Shown piece by piece: positions 18,430-27,245 of a stretch of DNA of 64,000 nt (within the stretch, counting starts at the first letter, position 1; every line of letters begins with the position of its first letter). This stretch comes from an uncultured Candidatus Saccharibacteria bacterium (GTDB taxonomy: Bacteria > Patescibacteriota > Saccharimonadia > Saccharimonadales > JAUPVS01), in the NCBI GenBank assembly GCA_964462215.1, contig CAYWVZ010000003.1:8752-72751 (forward strand). Reading direction: 5' to 3'. Both the position numbers and the translations under genes were made by a program. The notes beneath the pieces are model-generated. The model did no database searches. It saw only the letters and a program-made list of their open reading frames with translations, and was not told where the DNA came from.

Positions 18430-19713
18430 TTAGGCTTTTTGGAGGTGGGCGGCGATTTGATCTACGGTGCCGCTGTCTTCTTGGCCGGTTTTGAGGTCTT
18501 TAGCCTTGAACTGGCCACTGTTTAGCTCGGCTTCGCCGATGAACAACACGTACGGAATACCTTTTTTGTCGGCGGTTTTGGTTTGCTTGTCGGGCTTGCG
18601 GCCGGTGGTGTCGACAGCCAGGTTGAGGCCTTTTTGTCTGAGGGTTTGCAGCGCCGGCTGTGCGGCCGTATAGACATCGCCAATTAAGACTACGTACAGG
18701 TCGGCTTCCGGTTGGAACGTCGGCAAGAGTTTATTGGTTTCGAGGAAGTTTTGCAGGGTTACATCACCCATGCCGAAGCCGACCGTCGGCACCGGTTCCA
18801 CGCCGAACAGGCCGACCAAGCCGTCATAGCGGCCGCCGCCGAACATGGAGCGGTTGTTGTCGGGGTTGGTATCAAAAACTTCGAAGACGATATCGGTGTA
18901 GTAGTCAAAGCCGCGCATCAGCGTGATGTCGAACTCAACGTTGCCGATACCGGAGCTTTCGAGCAACTGCATGAGCTGCTGTAGCTCGGCCACTGACGGA
19001 TGCTTGGCCAGTTCCGCGGGCAAATCTGCTAGTTTAGCGGCTTTGAGCACGCCGAATAGCTGTTTGGTGGCTGCGGCCGGCACGATTGCCTCGGCTTGCT
19101 CTTTGAAAGCGGCCGGTTCCATTTTGTTCTTGCGGTCGATTAGCTTGATGAGCTGATGAGCCTGGTCATCAGTGAGCTTGAGGTAGTCACGCATCAGGGT
19201 GTCGGTTAATTTACGGCTGTTAAGCTTGATGGTGTACATGCTGCGTTTGGCACCGTAGGCCTGGAGCAGCGCGTCCGCCACTTCGATCACTTCGTGTTCG
19301 GCTGGCAGACCGGCCACGCCGAAGATATCGACGTTCAGTTGCCAGTGCTCGCGCAGGCGGCCGCGCTGCGGCCGTTCGTACCGCCACAGATTAGGAATGC
19401 TGTACCAACGCAAGGGATACGCCAATTCCTGGCGCCGCGCCGCCACCATACGGCTGACAGTCGGTGTCATCTCCGGCCGGATAGCTACTTGGCGGTCGCC
19501 GCGGTCGGTAAAGGTATAGGTTTGCTCGTTGACAATCTCTTCGCCGGTTTTGGCCGCGTACAGCTCCAGCGGCTCTAAAATCGGTGCGTCATACTCTTCG
19601 TAGCCGAAACTCTCGACTACTCGGCGCATAACGTCGAACATATATTTCTGGATGCGCTTATCTTCGGGGTAAAAATCCCGCGCGCCTTTGTAGGGTTGAG
19701 TTGATAATGCCAT
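18430..19713 (-). CDS. hisS: histidine--tRNA ligase
   Basis: 427 aa with class II aaRS HisRS similarity (RGARDFYPED..., RWYSIPNLWRYERPQRGRLREHWQ, GGGRYDGL). Confidence 0.95.
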   Translation of the reverse strand: MALSTQPYKGARDFYPEDKRIQKYMFDVMRRVVESFGYEEYDAPILEPLELYAAKTGEEIVNEQTYTFTDRGDRQVAIRPEMTPTVSRMVAARRQELAYPLRWYSIPNLWRYERPQRGRLREHWQLNVDIFGVAGLPAEHEVIEVADALLQAYGAKRSMYTIKLNSRKLTDTLMRDYLKLTDDQAHQLIKLIDRKNKMEPAAFKEQAEAIVPAAATKQLFGVLKAAKLADLPAELAKHPSVAELQQLMQLLESSGIGNVEFDITLMRGFDYYTDIVFEVFDTNPDNNRSMFGGGRYDGLVGLFGVEPVPTVGFGMGDVTLQNFLETNKLLPTFQPEADLYVVLIGDVYTAAQPALQTLRQKGLNLAVDTTGRKPDKQTKTADKKGIPYVLFIGEAELNSGQFKAKDLKTGQEDSGTVDQIAAHLQKA

Positions 19714-20265
19714 TTACTGTTTCCTTTCTCTAGATTGTATCATTGTTTCGAGCTGACGCAGTGCCCGTTTGGCGGTTGTTGCCGACCCAAAACGGTATCG
19801 TTGCCGGGCGTCAAGGTACTGACCTTTCAGCTCCTCGCTCCACCCTCCGAAGCCGCGCACCATAACCACCGGGATTCCAGCTTGATAGGCAACGGTAATT
19901 TCGTTCAGTGTCCCTGATCCGCCAGCCAGGGCAATAATGCCGTCACAACTAAGCGCCTGCACCATTTCACGGCCACCGCCCCGCACCAAACCAGTGGCAA
20001 TAACTACGCTGGCGCTGTCCTGATCATATATTTTTGTGCCCTTTTCGTAGGTTATCCCGATGGTCAGGCCGCCGCTCTGGCGGCAAGCAACCGCGGCAAC
20101 TGTTGGCAGTGAATCGCTGTCTTTTTCGGCGCCAAATATCAATACATACCCGGCGGCCGCGATGGTTTCGCCCAGTTCTTTTGCTAATTGTTCGGTTTGT
20201 TCGGTGCCGGCTTTATATTGCAGGTCGGCCATAGATCCAATTACTCCAATTTGTACTTTACGCAT
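19714..20265 (-). CDS. TIGR00725/LOG-like (SLOG) Rossmann-fold nucleotide-binding protein
   Basis: IGVIGS...GYVLIFGA...GGGREMV...IALAGGSGTLNE pattern. Directly abuts the hisS start. AAGGAG lies 7 nt upstream. Confidence 0.6.
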   Translation of the reverse strand: MRKVQIGVIGSMADLQYKAGTEQTEQLAKELGETIAAAGYVLIFGAEKDSDSLPTVAAVACRQSGGLTIGITYEKGTKIYDQDSASVVIATGLVRGGGREMVQALSCDGIIALAGGSGTLNEITVAYQAGIPVVMVRGFGGWSEELKGQYLDARQRYRFGSATTAKRALRQLETMIQSRERKQ

Positions 20266-20310
20266 TGGAAATCTCCTTAAAATAAGTTCTACTTGTTTAG
20301 TAATTTGCCT

Positions 20311-20345
20311 GAAAAGAAAAACGCCGGAGGCGATCCGGCGTTTTA
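20311..20345 (-). terminator. intrinsic terminator (potentially bidirectional)
   Basis: Minus strand reads AACGCCGGA-TCGCC-TCCGGCGTT followed by TTTCTTTTC. Confidence 0.7.
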
Positions 20346-20371
20346 TCTCGTTTTACGTTCTAGAGAAATAG

Positions 20372-20423
20372 CAAACTAACCGATCGGCTCCGGCGACAGA
20401 TGCAGATGATGCTGGTTAGTTTG
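20372..20423. repeat. 10-bp perfect inverted repeat with a 32-nt loop, in the 3' region of the heptad-repeat gene
   Basis: CAAACTAACC (20372-20381) pairs with GGTTAGTTTG (20414-20423). Confidence 0.5.
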
Positions 20424-20462
20424 ACAGTAGTTCATGATCGCATTATACCATACTTGTCAAGA

Positions 20463-20810
20463 TTAAGCAATTTTTGGCTTGAGATGGGCGGTTTTGGTAT
20501 TGAGCTGGCGGATATCACGGTCGTGCCCGGTTAGCGTGTCTTGGTGCTTGCCCAATTGGAGGTCGTGCCGTTCAAGGGTGATGGTGTGATGCTCGTGCGC
20601 CTCTTCCATCTTGCCAAAACGGCGGTCCATGGCATCGAAACGCTCGTCCATGGCATCAAAGCGACGATCCATAGCTTCGAAGCGACGATCAACCGCGTCA
20701 AAACGGTCAGCCACCATTTGCATGAAGTCGCTTAAAAGTTCGCCGACCACGCGGCCAACGATTTCTTCGATATCGGCCCGAATGGCCGCACGGTGGGGGT
20801 AATCTGCCAT
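20463..20810 (-). CDS. coiled-coil protein with DRRF(D/E)AM heptad repeats (115 aa)
   Basis: ADRFDAV-DRRFEAM-DRRFDAM-DERFDAM-DRRFGKM. -10-like TGTTAGACT lies 6 nt before the ATG. Confidence 0.65.
   Translation of the reverse strand: MADYPHRAAIRADIEEIVGRVVGELLSDFMQMVADRFDAVDRRFEAMDRRFDAMDERFDAMDRRFGKMEEAHEHHTITLERHDLQLGKHQDTLTGHDRDIRQLNTKTAHLKPKIA
20607..20711. repeat. five imperfect tandem 21-bp units encoding the heptad repeat
   Basis: Units start at 20607, 20628, 20649, 20670 and 20691 (catggcatcgaaacgctcgtc / catggcatcaaagcgacgatc / catagcttcgaagcgacgatc ...). Confidence 0.8.
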
Positions 20811-20909
20811 ATGTCCAGTCTAACAGCCGCACCAAACCGCCTGCAAACAAAATGAAAAAGTTCTTAATTTTCTGTCGAAGGCCGCTCTAGCGGGCTATCC
20901 AGGAATACA

Positions 20910-21212
20910 CTAGCCAGCTCTTGACGCCCGTTTAGGGTCCAGCAAGCGCCCTGCTAGCTCAATACCTATTCCACCCATACTGTGCAACATTTTTAGACGC
21001 TCTTCCGTAAGTAGCACTTTGCGCTCTTCTAAAGAATATGTGAGAGCTTGTCTGGCCTGAATAGATTCTATATCTTCTGGGGGGAGATCTTTAATCTCAT
21101 CAAACTTTCCTTGAATTGATAGTTTTAGCATATCCATATCTACACGCTGGAACGTTTTGGATGAAAATGGCTCCGTGTCTCCTGAAAATCGGCCAAATTT
21201 ATACTCGCTCAT
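20910..21212 (-). CDS. hypothetical protein (100 aa)
   Basis: ORF immediately downstream of tRNA-Leu on the same strand. AT-richer than its surroundings, no family recognized. Confidence 0.5.
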   Translation of the reverse strand: MSEYKFGRFSGDTEPFSSKTFQRVDMDMLKLSIQGKFDEIKDLPPEDIESIQARQALTYSLEERKVLLTEERLKMLHSMGGIGIELAGRLLDPKRASRAG

Positions 21213-21237
21213 ACTGTCTACTTTCTTACTTAACGTC

Positions 21238-21322
21238 TGGTGCGGATGAAAGGACTTGAACCTTCACGCCTTGCGGCACTAGCTCCTAAGGCTAGCGTGT
21301 CTACCAATTCCACCACATCCGC
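21238..21322 (-). tRNA. tRNA-Leu (anticodon UAG), type II with long variable arm, encoded CCA
   Basis: Folded by hand. Acceptor GCGGATG/CATCCGC, D-stem GTG/CAC, anticodon stem CTAGC/GCTAG with loop CTTAGGA. Variable arm is 13 nt, T-arm GAAGG-TTCAAGT-CCTTT, discriminator A followed by CCA. Confidence 0.93.
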
Positions 21323-21356
21323 ACGAACAGAAACATGGTCAGAAAACTGCTTCATT

Positions 21357-21890
21357 TTACCCTGTTCGGCGGTAAAACGCCAGTTGGGCGTCACCGTAGG
21401 TTTTATGGCTGATGAGTTGGCAGCCGACGAGTTCCGGTAGTGTGAGCGCGCCTGGCCATGATAGTACGTAGGTGCCGCCTGGTGCTGTGTGCTTGACGAG
21501 TTTTTGCAACAGAGAGAGTTGTAGCTTGTCGTAGGGCGGGTCGCATAAGACCAGGTCGAATTGTTCTTGGGGGTTGTTGTCGGACCAGCTGGAGGCATTG
21601 GCTTTGATGAGGCGCGCGGCGCTGCTGAGGCCAAGCTCGGTAATGTTGCTGGCAATAGTGTTTTGAGCATTTTTGTCGCTTTCGAGCAGCAGCGCCCGCG
21701 CGGCTTCGCGGCTCAGGGCTTCGAAGCTTAAAGCGCCGGAGCCGGCAAAGGCATCCAGCACACTCAACCCCGAAATATCGCCCAGAGCCGCGAACAGGGC
21801 GCCGCGCATTTTGTCGCTCATCGGGTGAGTCCGGTGGCCGCGCGGCGCCCGAAACTGACGTCCGCCAAGTCGACCGGCGATAACCCTCAC
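21357..21890 (-). CDS. rsmD: 16S rRNA (guanine966-N2)-methyltransferase RsmD
   Basis: MRVIAG...R.T.D..R.ALF..L, DAFAGSGALSFEALSR and DPPY motifs, 177 aa. Confidence 0.88.
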   Translation of the reverse strand: MRVIAGRLGGRQFRAPRGHRTHPMSDKMRGALFAALGDISGLSVLDAFAGSGALSFEALSREAARALLLESDKNAQNTIASNITELGLSSAARLIKANASSWSDNNPQEQFDLVLCDPPYDKLQLSLLQKLVKHTAPGGTYVLSWPGALTLPELVGCQLISHKTYGDAQLAFYRRTG

Positions 21891-22711
21891 CGCGTATCCT
21901 TCACCAAACCCGCGTCAACCAACGCACTGTACCAAGCCAACGTTACCGTCTGCACGATAGCCGGCCCCAGTTGCTTACGTACCCGCCGCGTTAGCCGCGG
22001 CGTCCAGCCCTTACGGTAGAACGTATCGTACATATCCAGCACAGCAATTTCGCGGGCCGTCCGCTTAAACCATTCGGCCACGCCAATCTCGCGGACTTTA
22101 GCAATGTCATCAGGTGTTGGTATGACATCGTTAAACTTTAGCGGTGCGATAATCGCCGCGATACCGATCTCAAACAAGCCGTGCGTCGTCAACAAGCCCT
22201 TCGGTCCCCACATTTTCCAGTTGTTCTTGACTTTTTCCCGCCGCGTACCACCCGGCATAACCCATTTTTTCTTGATAGTTGTCCGATCCTCAATGCCTTG
22301 GCCGCCGCGTAGCTCCACTAACTTTTCTTCATACGGATAATGATGGGCCGGCGTTAAGCCATCGACCAAAGCGTGCGCCAACCAGGCCGCCTCAAAGGCA
22401 CTGCGCTCGCGATTGCCTTTCTTCAGCTCTTCAACCAGTTTGCGGTAATGTTCGGTAATGAGTTCGATGAGTTGCGAGTCGTCGTTGTCGAACGGACTGT
22501 AATAATGCCAGGGTTCGTCTTGAGCCGGACTTTTACGCTTAATGGCATCGGGGCCGTTCTTACCCTCGAACTGCAGGATCATCCGAGCCGGCGGAAACAC
22601 AGCATCGTCCGGCAGCACCTTAGACAAGTGCCGGCGGGCGGTACGGTCAATCTTCTGGTGGGCACCAAGCACACGGCCAGAATATTTGCTAAGTGTAGTT
22701 CCTGAATACAT
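21887..22711 (-). CDS. putative zinc-dependent phospholipase C / S1-P1 nuclease-fold family protein
   Basis: His-rich metal-site-like motifs GAHQKID and WLAHALVDGLTPAHH. 4-nt overlap with rsmD. Confidence 0.4.
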   Translation of the reverse strand: MYSGTTLSKYSGRVLGAHQKIDRTARRHLSKVLPDDAVFPPARMILQFEGKNGPDAIKRKSPAQDEPWHYYSPFDNDDSQLIELITEHYRKLVEELKKGNRERSAFEAAWLAHALVDGLTPAHHYPYEEKLVELRGGQGIEDRTTIKKKWVMPGGTRREKVKNNWKMWGPKGLLTTHGLFEIGIAAIIAPLKFNDVIPTPDDIAKVREIGVAEWFKRTAREIAVLDMYDTFYRKGWTPRLTRRVRKQLGPAIVQTVTLAWYSALVDAGLVKDTR

Positions 22712-22713
22712 GG

Positions 22714-24750
22714 TTAGTTTAGGTTTGTAATGGCTCTAAGTGCCTTAACACGTTCGTATAACTCTTTATAGTGTAGCAAATCTTCGCCTTGGTCGATATA
22801 GGCCTGAGCCGCCTGGCGGGCCCGGGCAATTAATGCAAAGTCGGTTAGCTGAGCGATGCGCAGGTCAAGCGCGCCATGCTGAAAGGTGCCGTAGATAGCG
22901 CCCGGGCCGCGGATTTCCAGGTCCAGCTCGGCCAGTTCAAAGCCGTCATTGCTTCGCTCCAACGCTTGCAACCGCCGGCTTGGCGCTTGGGCGTCGCCCA
23001 GCATCAGATAGCAGTAGCCCTGCTGGTCGCTGCGACCCACCCGGCCGCGCAGCTGGTGGATTTGCGCCAAGCCGAACCGCTCGGCGTTCTCTAGCAGCAT
23101 GACACTGGCGTTCGGCACGTCCACACCCACCTCGATAACTGTCGTCGAAACCAAAATGTCCAGCTCGCGCTCGGCAAAACGCCGCATGACGGCCGTCTTT
23201 TCATCGGCCTTAAGCTTGCCGTGTAACAGCCCTACCCGCCAATCTTTAAAATCCCGCGTAGCTAATTCTTCATAGATTTTCTCGGCCGAGCGAGCCTGCA
23301 ACAGGTCAGAGTCGGCGATTAGCGGCGCTACCACAAACATCTGCCGTCCCTGCTTCAGCTCTTTTTGTATGGTTTTGTATAGTTCGGCGCGGGCGTGCGG
23401 TGAAATAATCTTTGTGATAATCGGTTTGCGGTTGCGCGGCTTGCTGTCGATGATAGTCACGTCCAGTTCGCCGTACAGGGTTAGCGCCAGGCTGCGCGGA
23501 ATCGGCGTGGCCGTCATATTTAGGACGTGCGGCATATGGCCGGCCTTGGCTTGCAGTTTTTTGCGGTGTTCCACGCCGAAACGGTGTTGCTCGTCGATAA
23601 TCACCAGCCCGAGCTTGTGCATATCGACTTTCTCTTGAACCAAGGCGTGCGTACCGACGATAAACCGGATCTTGCCCTCTTTAATAGCAGTGTGGGCGCG
23701 CTTTTTGGCCGGCGGCTTGAGACTGCCTACCAGCAGACCGACTTGGTCGGCGTAGCCGAGCGGCTCCAGTAAACCGTGGACGGTTTCGGCATGCTGGCGC
23801 GCCAGTAACTCCGTCGGTGCCATTAGTGCCACCTGGAAACCTTGCTCCATAGCCATGAGTGCCGCCATGGCCGCCACCACGGTTTTGCCCGACCCCACGT
23901 CGCCTTCCAGCAAGCGGTTCATCGGCTGGCTTTTTTGCATATCCAAATACATCTGCCAAACGGCCTTGCGCTGGGCGTCAGTCAGCTTAAATGGCAGGTG
24001 GCCGACAAACTCCTTAGCCAATGCCTCCTTGAACGGAATCTCGAGCGCCGTATCTTGCAGCAATTCATACTTATTGAGCAGGCTGGCCAGGCTTAGTTCG
24101 AAGATTTCGTCAAAGCCCAAACGGTACCGCGCCCGCTCCAACTGCTCGTCAGAGTCAGGAAAATGAATCGCCCGCCACGCCTCAGAGCGACCCATCAGGC
24201 CATATTGCTCAACCAGCCAGGCCGGCAAAATTTCGGGTAACCGGTCAACGAGCGGAATAACGTTGCGCAGCACCCGCCGGATCTGCACCGACGTCAGACC
24301 TTTGGTTTCACGATATTTGGGAACAATCCGCGCCGTATGCACCGGAAAATCACTAACCAGCTCGATTGACGGGTTCATGATGGCGAAACGTTGGCGGCTT
24401 AATTCGTATGTACCTGTAATAAAGTACTCCGTGTCGCGTTTGGTTTGCGTTTCACGGTACGGCTGGTTAAACCAAACCAGCCGTACGCTGCCCCGCCCGT
24501 CGCTAGCCACTGCTTCGGTAACGTGCATGCCGCGCCGCACGTAGCGGCCCTTGATATTTTTGATTGTGCCGCGCACCGTCACTGCACCGGGCCGCAGCAC
24601 ATCGGTCGTTTGGATATGCGAATAGTCGTCGTAGCGGCGCGGCACGTTCAGCAACAGGTCCTGCACCGTCTGCAAGCCAAGCGCCGCGAATTTAGCGGCC
24701 AGCGCCTCGCCAACCCCCTTCACGTCCTGCAGTGGACTCCGTAATGTCAT
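22714..24750 (-). CDS. recG: ATP-dependent DNA helicase RecG
   Basis: OB-fold wedge N-terminus, Walker A GDVGSGKT, DEQHRFG, 678 aa. Confidence 0.95.
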   Translation of the reverse strand: MTLRSPLQDVKGVGEALAAKFAALGLQTVQDLLLNVPRRYDDYSHIQTTDVLRPGAVTVRGTIKNIKGRYVRRGMHVTEAVASDGRGSVRLVWFNQPYRETQTKRDTEYFITGTYELSRQRFAIMNPSIELVSDFPVHTARIVPKYRETKGLTSVQIRRVLRNVIPLVDRLPEILPAWLVEQYGLMGRSEAWRAIHFPDSDEQLERARYRLGFDEIFELSLASLLNKYELLQDTALEIPFKEALAKEFVGHLPFKLTDAQRKAVWQMYLDMQKSQPMNRLLEGDVGSGKTVVAAMAALMAMEQGFQVALMAPTELLARQHAETVHGLLEPLGYADQVGLLVGSLKPPAKKRAHTAIKEGKIRFIVGTHALVQEKVDMHKLGLVIIDEQHRFGVEHRKKLQAKAGHMPHVLNMTATPIPRSLALTLYGELDVTIIDSKPRNRKPIITKIISPHARAELYKTIQKELKQGRQMFVVAPLIADSDLLQARSAEKIYEELATRDFKDWRVGLLHGKLKADEKTAVMRRFAERELDILVSTTVIEVGVDVPNASVMLLENAERFGLAQIHQLRGRVGRSDQQGYCYLMLGDAQAPSRRLQALERSNDGFELAELDLEIRGPGAIYGTFQHGALDLRIAQLTDFALIARARQAAQAYIDQGEDLLHYKELYERVKALRAITNLN

Positions 24751-24772
24751 AACCTTAGTATACGGTAACTAG

Positions 24773-24997
24773 TTATGCCGCCTCTAGCGTCCTGACCCGC
24801 CGGTCGTGTTTCCTCAAGTCTTTTTCATGCACCGCTACGACCATGTCCGTAAAACCCAGCTCTTGATTCATCCTTTCCATCTCTGACTTTAGCCAACTTG
24901 CATCTTTAAGCGTTGGGGCAAGAACTTCTAGAATCAACTCATTTTGAGCAAAAATCTGCTCTAGCATGATCTGGGTATAGCGATGGTCAATAGCCAT
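24773..24997 (-). CDS. small hypothetical helical protein (74 aa)
   Basis: Start moved to MAIDHRY because TGGTAAACT (extended -10-like) ends 6 nt upstream. No family recognized. Confidence 0.5.
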   Translation of the reverse strand: MAIDHRYTQIMLEQIFAQNELILEVLAPTLKDASWLKSEMERMNQELGFTDMVVAVHEKDLRKHDRRVRTLEAA

Positions 24998-25094
24998 GAG
25001 CATAGTTTACCAAGCCAAGTGGCCAGCGCGCCAGCAAATTAAGCAAAAATTAAGAACTTTGCGGGTGCAAGGTGCGGGCTTAGGGCGGCGAGGT

Positions 25095-25883
25095 TTAGCG
25101 AGCCTTGCGAATCAGCAGGAAGGTGCTGGGGCCGAAGTATGACTTGGCCAGTAGCGGCTGCAGTACGTTTTCGACAGAGAGCATAGCGCCCTCGGGCAAC
25201 AGTTTTTTAAGGCCGGGTGAACGTAAGTTCGACACGGACAGGGCGCGCTCTACTTTCAGGCCGGCGTGGGCCAGCTGGCGGATAACCGTTTTGGGGTTGT
25301 GGTTTACAAAAGCGACTTCGTCCGGGCGGCGGTTCTTGGCCGAACGAATATCCACGGGCTCTACCGGCAACTTCTGGCCTTTTAGGGCATGTTTAAGCCG
25401 GTTTCGGGCGTGGGCGTAGTTGGCAATCTCTAGCAAGAAATAACCGCTGGGAGCCAGGGCACGGGCAATCTCGGCAAACTCGGCGCTGGGGTCCGGCAGG
25501 TGGTGCATCACCCGGATCATCATAATCAGGTCGACGGAGCCGTCTTTGAACGCCAGCTTGTCGGCTTGCATCAGCTGGCGGTCGATCTGCGGATAGTCTT
25601 TGAGAAAACTTCTGGCGATGTCGAGCTGCTGTTGCGATGGCTCGGCCAGAGTTACTTTGTCGGCGTACTCGCTGAGCAACACCGAAAGGCGGCCGTAGCC
25701 GCCGCCGATATCCACGGCATGTTTAAAGCGCTTGCCGCGCAACAGCCGCTTGATAGCTAGCACTTCGGCGGCGTTTTCGTAATCGCGCCCTTCCCAATAA
25801 TGGAGGTAATTGTGCTTAGGGTCGTTGTATTGGTCGGCTTTTTTGGCTGCCGCAGCCCGCGGGTTTTTGGTGGTTTTATTCAT
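25095..25883 (-). CDS. class I SAM-dependent methyltransferase
   Basis: Motif I VDIGGGYGRL, motif post-I LAEPS, later IMMIRVMHHL. Confidence 0.8.
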   Translation of the reverse strand: MNKTTKNPRAAAAKKADQYNDPKHNYLHYWEGRDYENAAEVLAIKRLLRGKRFKHAVDIGGGYGRLSVLLSEYADKVTLAEPSQQQLDIARSFLKDYPQIDRQLMQADKLAFKDGSVDLIMMIRVMHHLPDPSAEFAEIARALAPSGYFLLEIANYAHARNRLKHALKGQKLPVEPVDIRSAKNRRPDEVAFVNHNPKTVIRQLAHAGLKVERALSVSNLRSPGLKKLLPEGAMLSVENVLQPLLAKSYFGPSTFLLIRKAR

Positions 25884-25891
25884 ATCGCCAA

Positions 25892-27133
25892 TCAGTATAG
25901 CACTATCGCGAAATTATTCTTGCCGCGTTTTAGCAGATTACTGCCTTTTTTGAACACCGATACGTCAGCAGCGCCTACTTTCTGGCCGTTAACCGAAATA
26001 GCGCCGGCCGCAATGAACCGCGTAGCCTCGGTATTAGAAGAAGCCAGGCCGGCGGCAACTACAACGGCCGGCAGGCCATCCTGAGCAGAGGCCTCAATCA
26101 CCGGTAATTCTTCTTTTAGAATTGCCACTTCGCCCGGCTTTAGTTCTAAGAAATCCGCGCCGCCGAACAGCACTTCGCTGACGCGTTCGGCCGCATCCGC
26201 GCGATCGGCGCCATGTACCAGCTTGGTGACTTCGTAGGCGAGAGTCTTTTGGGCCGAACGGCCGCCGCGGTCTTTCTGAAAATCAGCCATAACTTTGTCG
26301 ATAGCCGGTTTGTCGAGTTCGGTAAAAATCTTGAGGTAGCTCTCGGTACCCTCGTCATCGGCATTCAGCCAAAACTGGTAAAAACGGTAGACGCTGGTTT
26401 TGGCCGGATCCAGCCAAACCGCGCCCTCTTCACTCTTGCCAAATTTTTTACCGGTAGCTTTATTGATAATCAAGGGGCACGTAAAGGCGTTTACTTCGGC
26501 TCCGGCCACGCGCCGTACCAAATCGACACCAGATATAGCGTTGCCCCACTGGTCACTACCCGCTAGCTGTAGCGTAACACCATATGTAGTGTATAAATGC
26601 AAGAAATCGTAGCCCTGCAACAGGGTGTAGCTGAACTCGGTGTAGCTAATGCCGGCGCCGTCTTCGCCGATCCGGCGAGCAATGTAGTCGCGCTGTACCA
26701 GCGGCGTCATGCTGAAATGCTTACCGACGTCGCGTAAAAACTCCAGTACGGTCATGTCTTTAAACCAGTCCAGATTATTAACCATCTGTACCGCGCCGCC
26801 GAACAGCTGCTCGATTTGCGCCTTAACGGACGCTACGTTGGCTTCGACAACTTCGGCGGATTGCATCGGCCGCTCGCTGTCTTTACCGCCCGGATCGCCG
26901 ATTAGGCTGGTGGCGCCGCCGGCCAGCATAATCGCTTTGTGGCCGTGCCTGATGAAGCACTTATCCATCATGGCGGCCGCCAGGTTCCCCACTGTTAGTG
27001 AGTCCATCGACGCATCCCAGCCGTGGTAAAAGGTTATTGGATCGGTATCGAGCGGAGCCAGGCTAGGCAACGTTGTTTGGTTGACAAAGCCGCGCCACTC
27101 AAGCTCTTCGCTTAGAGTCATTTTGTGTGCCAT
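25892..27133 (-). CDS. tyrS: tyrosine--tRNA ligase
   Basis: Class I TyrRS similarity, KFGKS (KMSKS-type) motif, C-terminal S4-like domain. Start ATG 27133 lies 7 nt after TATACT. Confidence 0.92.
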   Translation of the reverse strand: MAHKMTLSEELEWRGFVNQTTLPSLAPLDTDPITFYHGWDASMDSLTVGNLAAAMMDKCFIRHGHKAIMLAGGATSLIGDPGGKDSERPMQSAEVVEANVASVKAQIEQLFGGAVQMVNNLDWFKDMTVLEFLRDVGKHFSMTPLVQRDYIARRIGEDGAGISYTEFSYTLLQGYDFLHLYTTYGVTLQLAGSDQWGNAISGVDLVRRVAGAEVNAFTCPLIINKATGKKFGKSEEGAVWLDPAKTSVYRFYQFWLNADDEGTESYLKIFTELDKPAIDKVMADFQKDRGGRSAQKTLAYEVTKLVHGADRADAAERVSEVLFGGADFLELKPGEVAILKEELPVIEASAQDGLPAVVVAAGLASSNTEATRFIAAGAISVNGQKVGAADVSVFKKGSNLLKRGKNNFAIVLY

Positions 27134-27207
27134 GAGCCATAGTATACAGGAGTCAGGCGGTAGTGCGAGGAGCATAAGCAGATTTTGGGCTTATTTTTGT
27201 AATTTTT

Positions 27208-27216
27208 TGCTATAAT
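27208..27216 (+). promoter_or_regulatory. extended -10 promoter element for the PBP gene
   Basis: TGCTATAAT lies 29 nt upstream of ATG 27246, with AAGGAG in between. Confidence 0.45.
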
Positions 27217-27245
27217 AGGGCCATCAAGGAGCATGTTGTTACCAG

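Noticed and set aside
20857-20871. 15-nt AT-rich word AAAGTTCTTAATTTT, present in inverted orientation at 25046-25060. Both copies lie about 45-60 nt upstream of small helical-protein genes.
   Set aside because: A rough estimate gives a few chance 15-mer matches (direct or inverted) in 64 kb. The orientation relative to the two genes is opposite and there is no extended similarity around them. They are probably just AT-rich upstream tracts.
21230-21670. 146-aa minus-strand ORF spanning the tRNA-Leu gene and the 3' part of rsmD.
   Set aside because: It overlaps a well-folding tRNA and, in another frame, a motif-bearing rsmD. Its sequence is Ser/Thr/Pro/Ala-rich, unlike a real protein.
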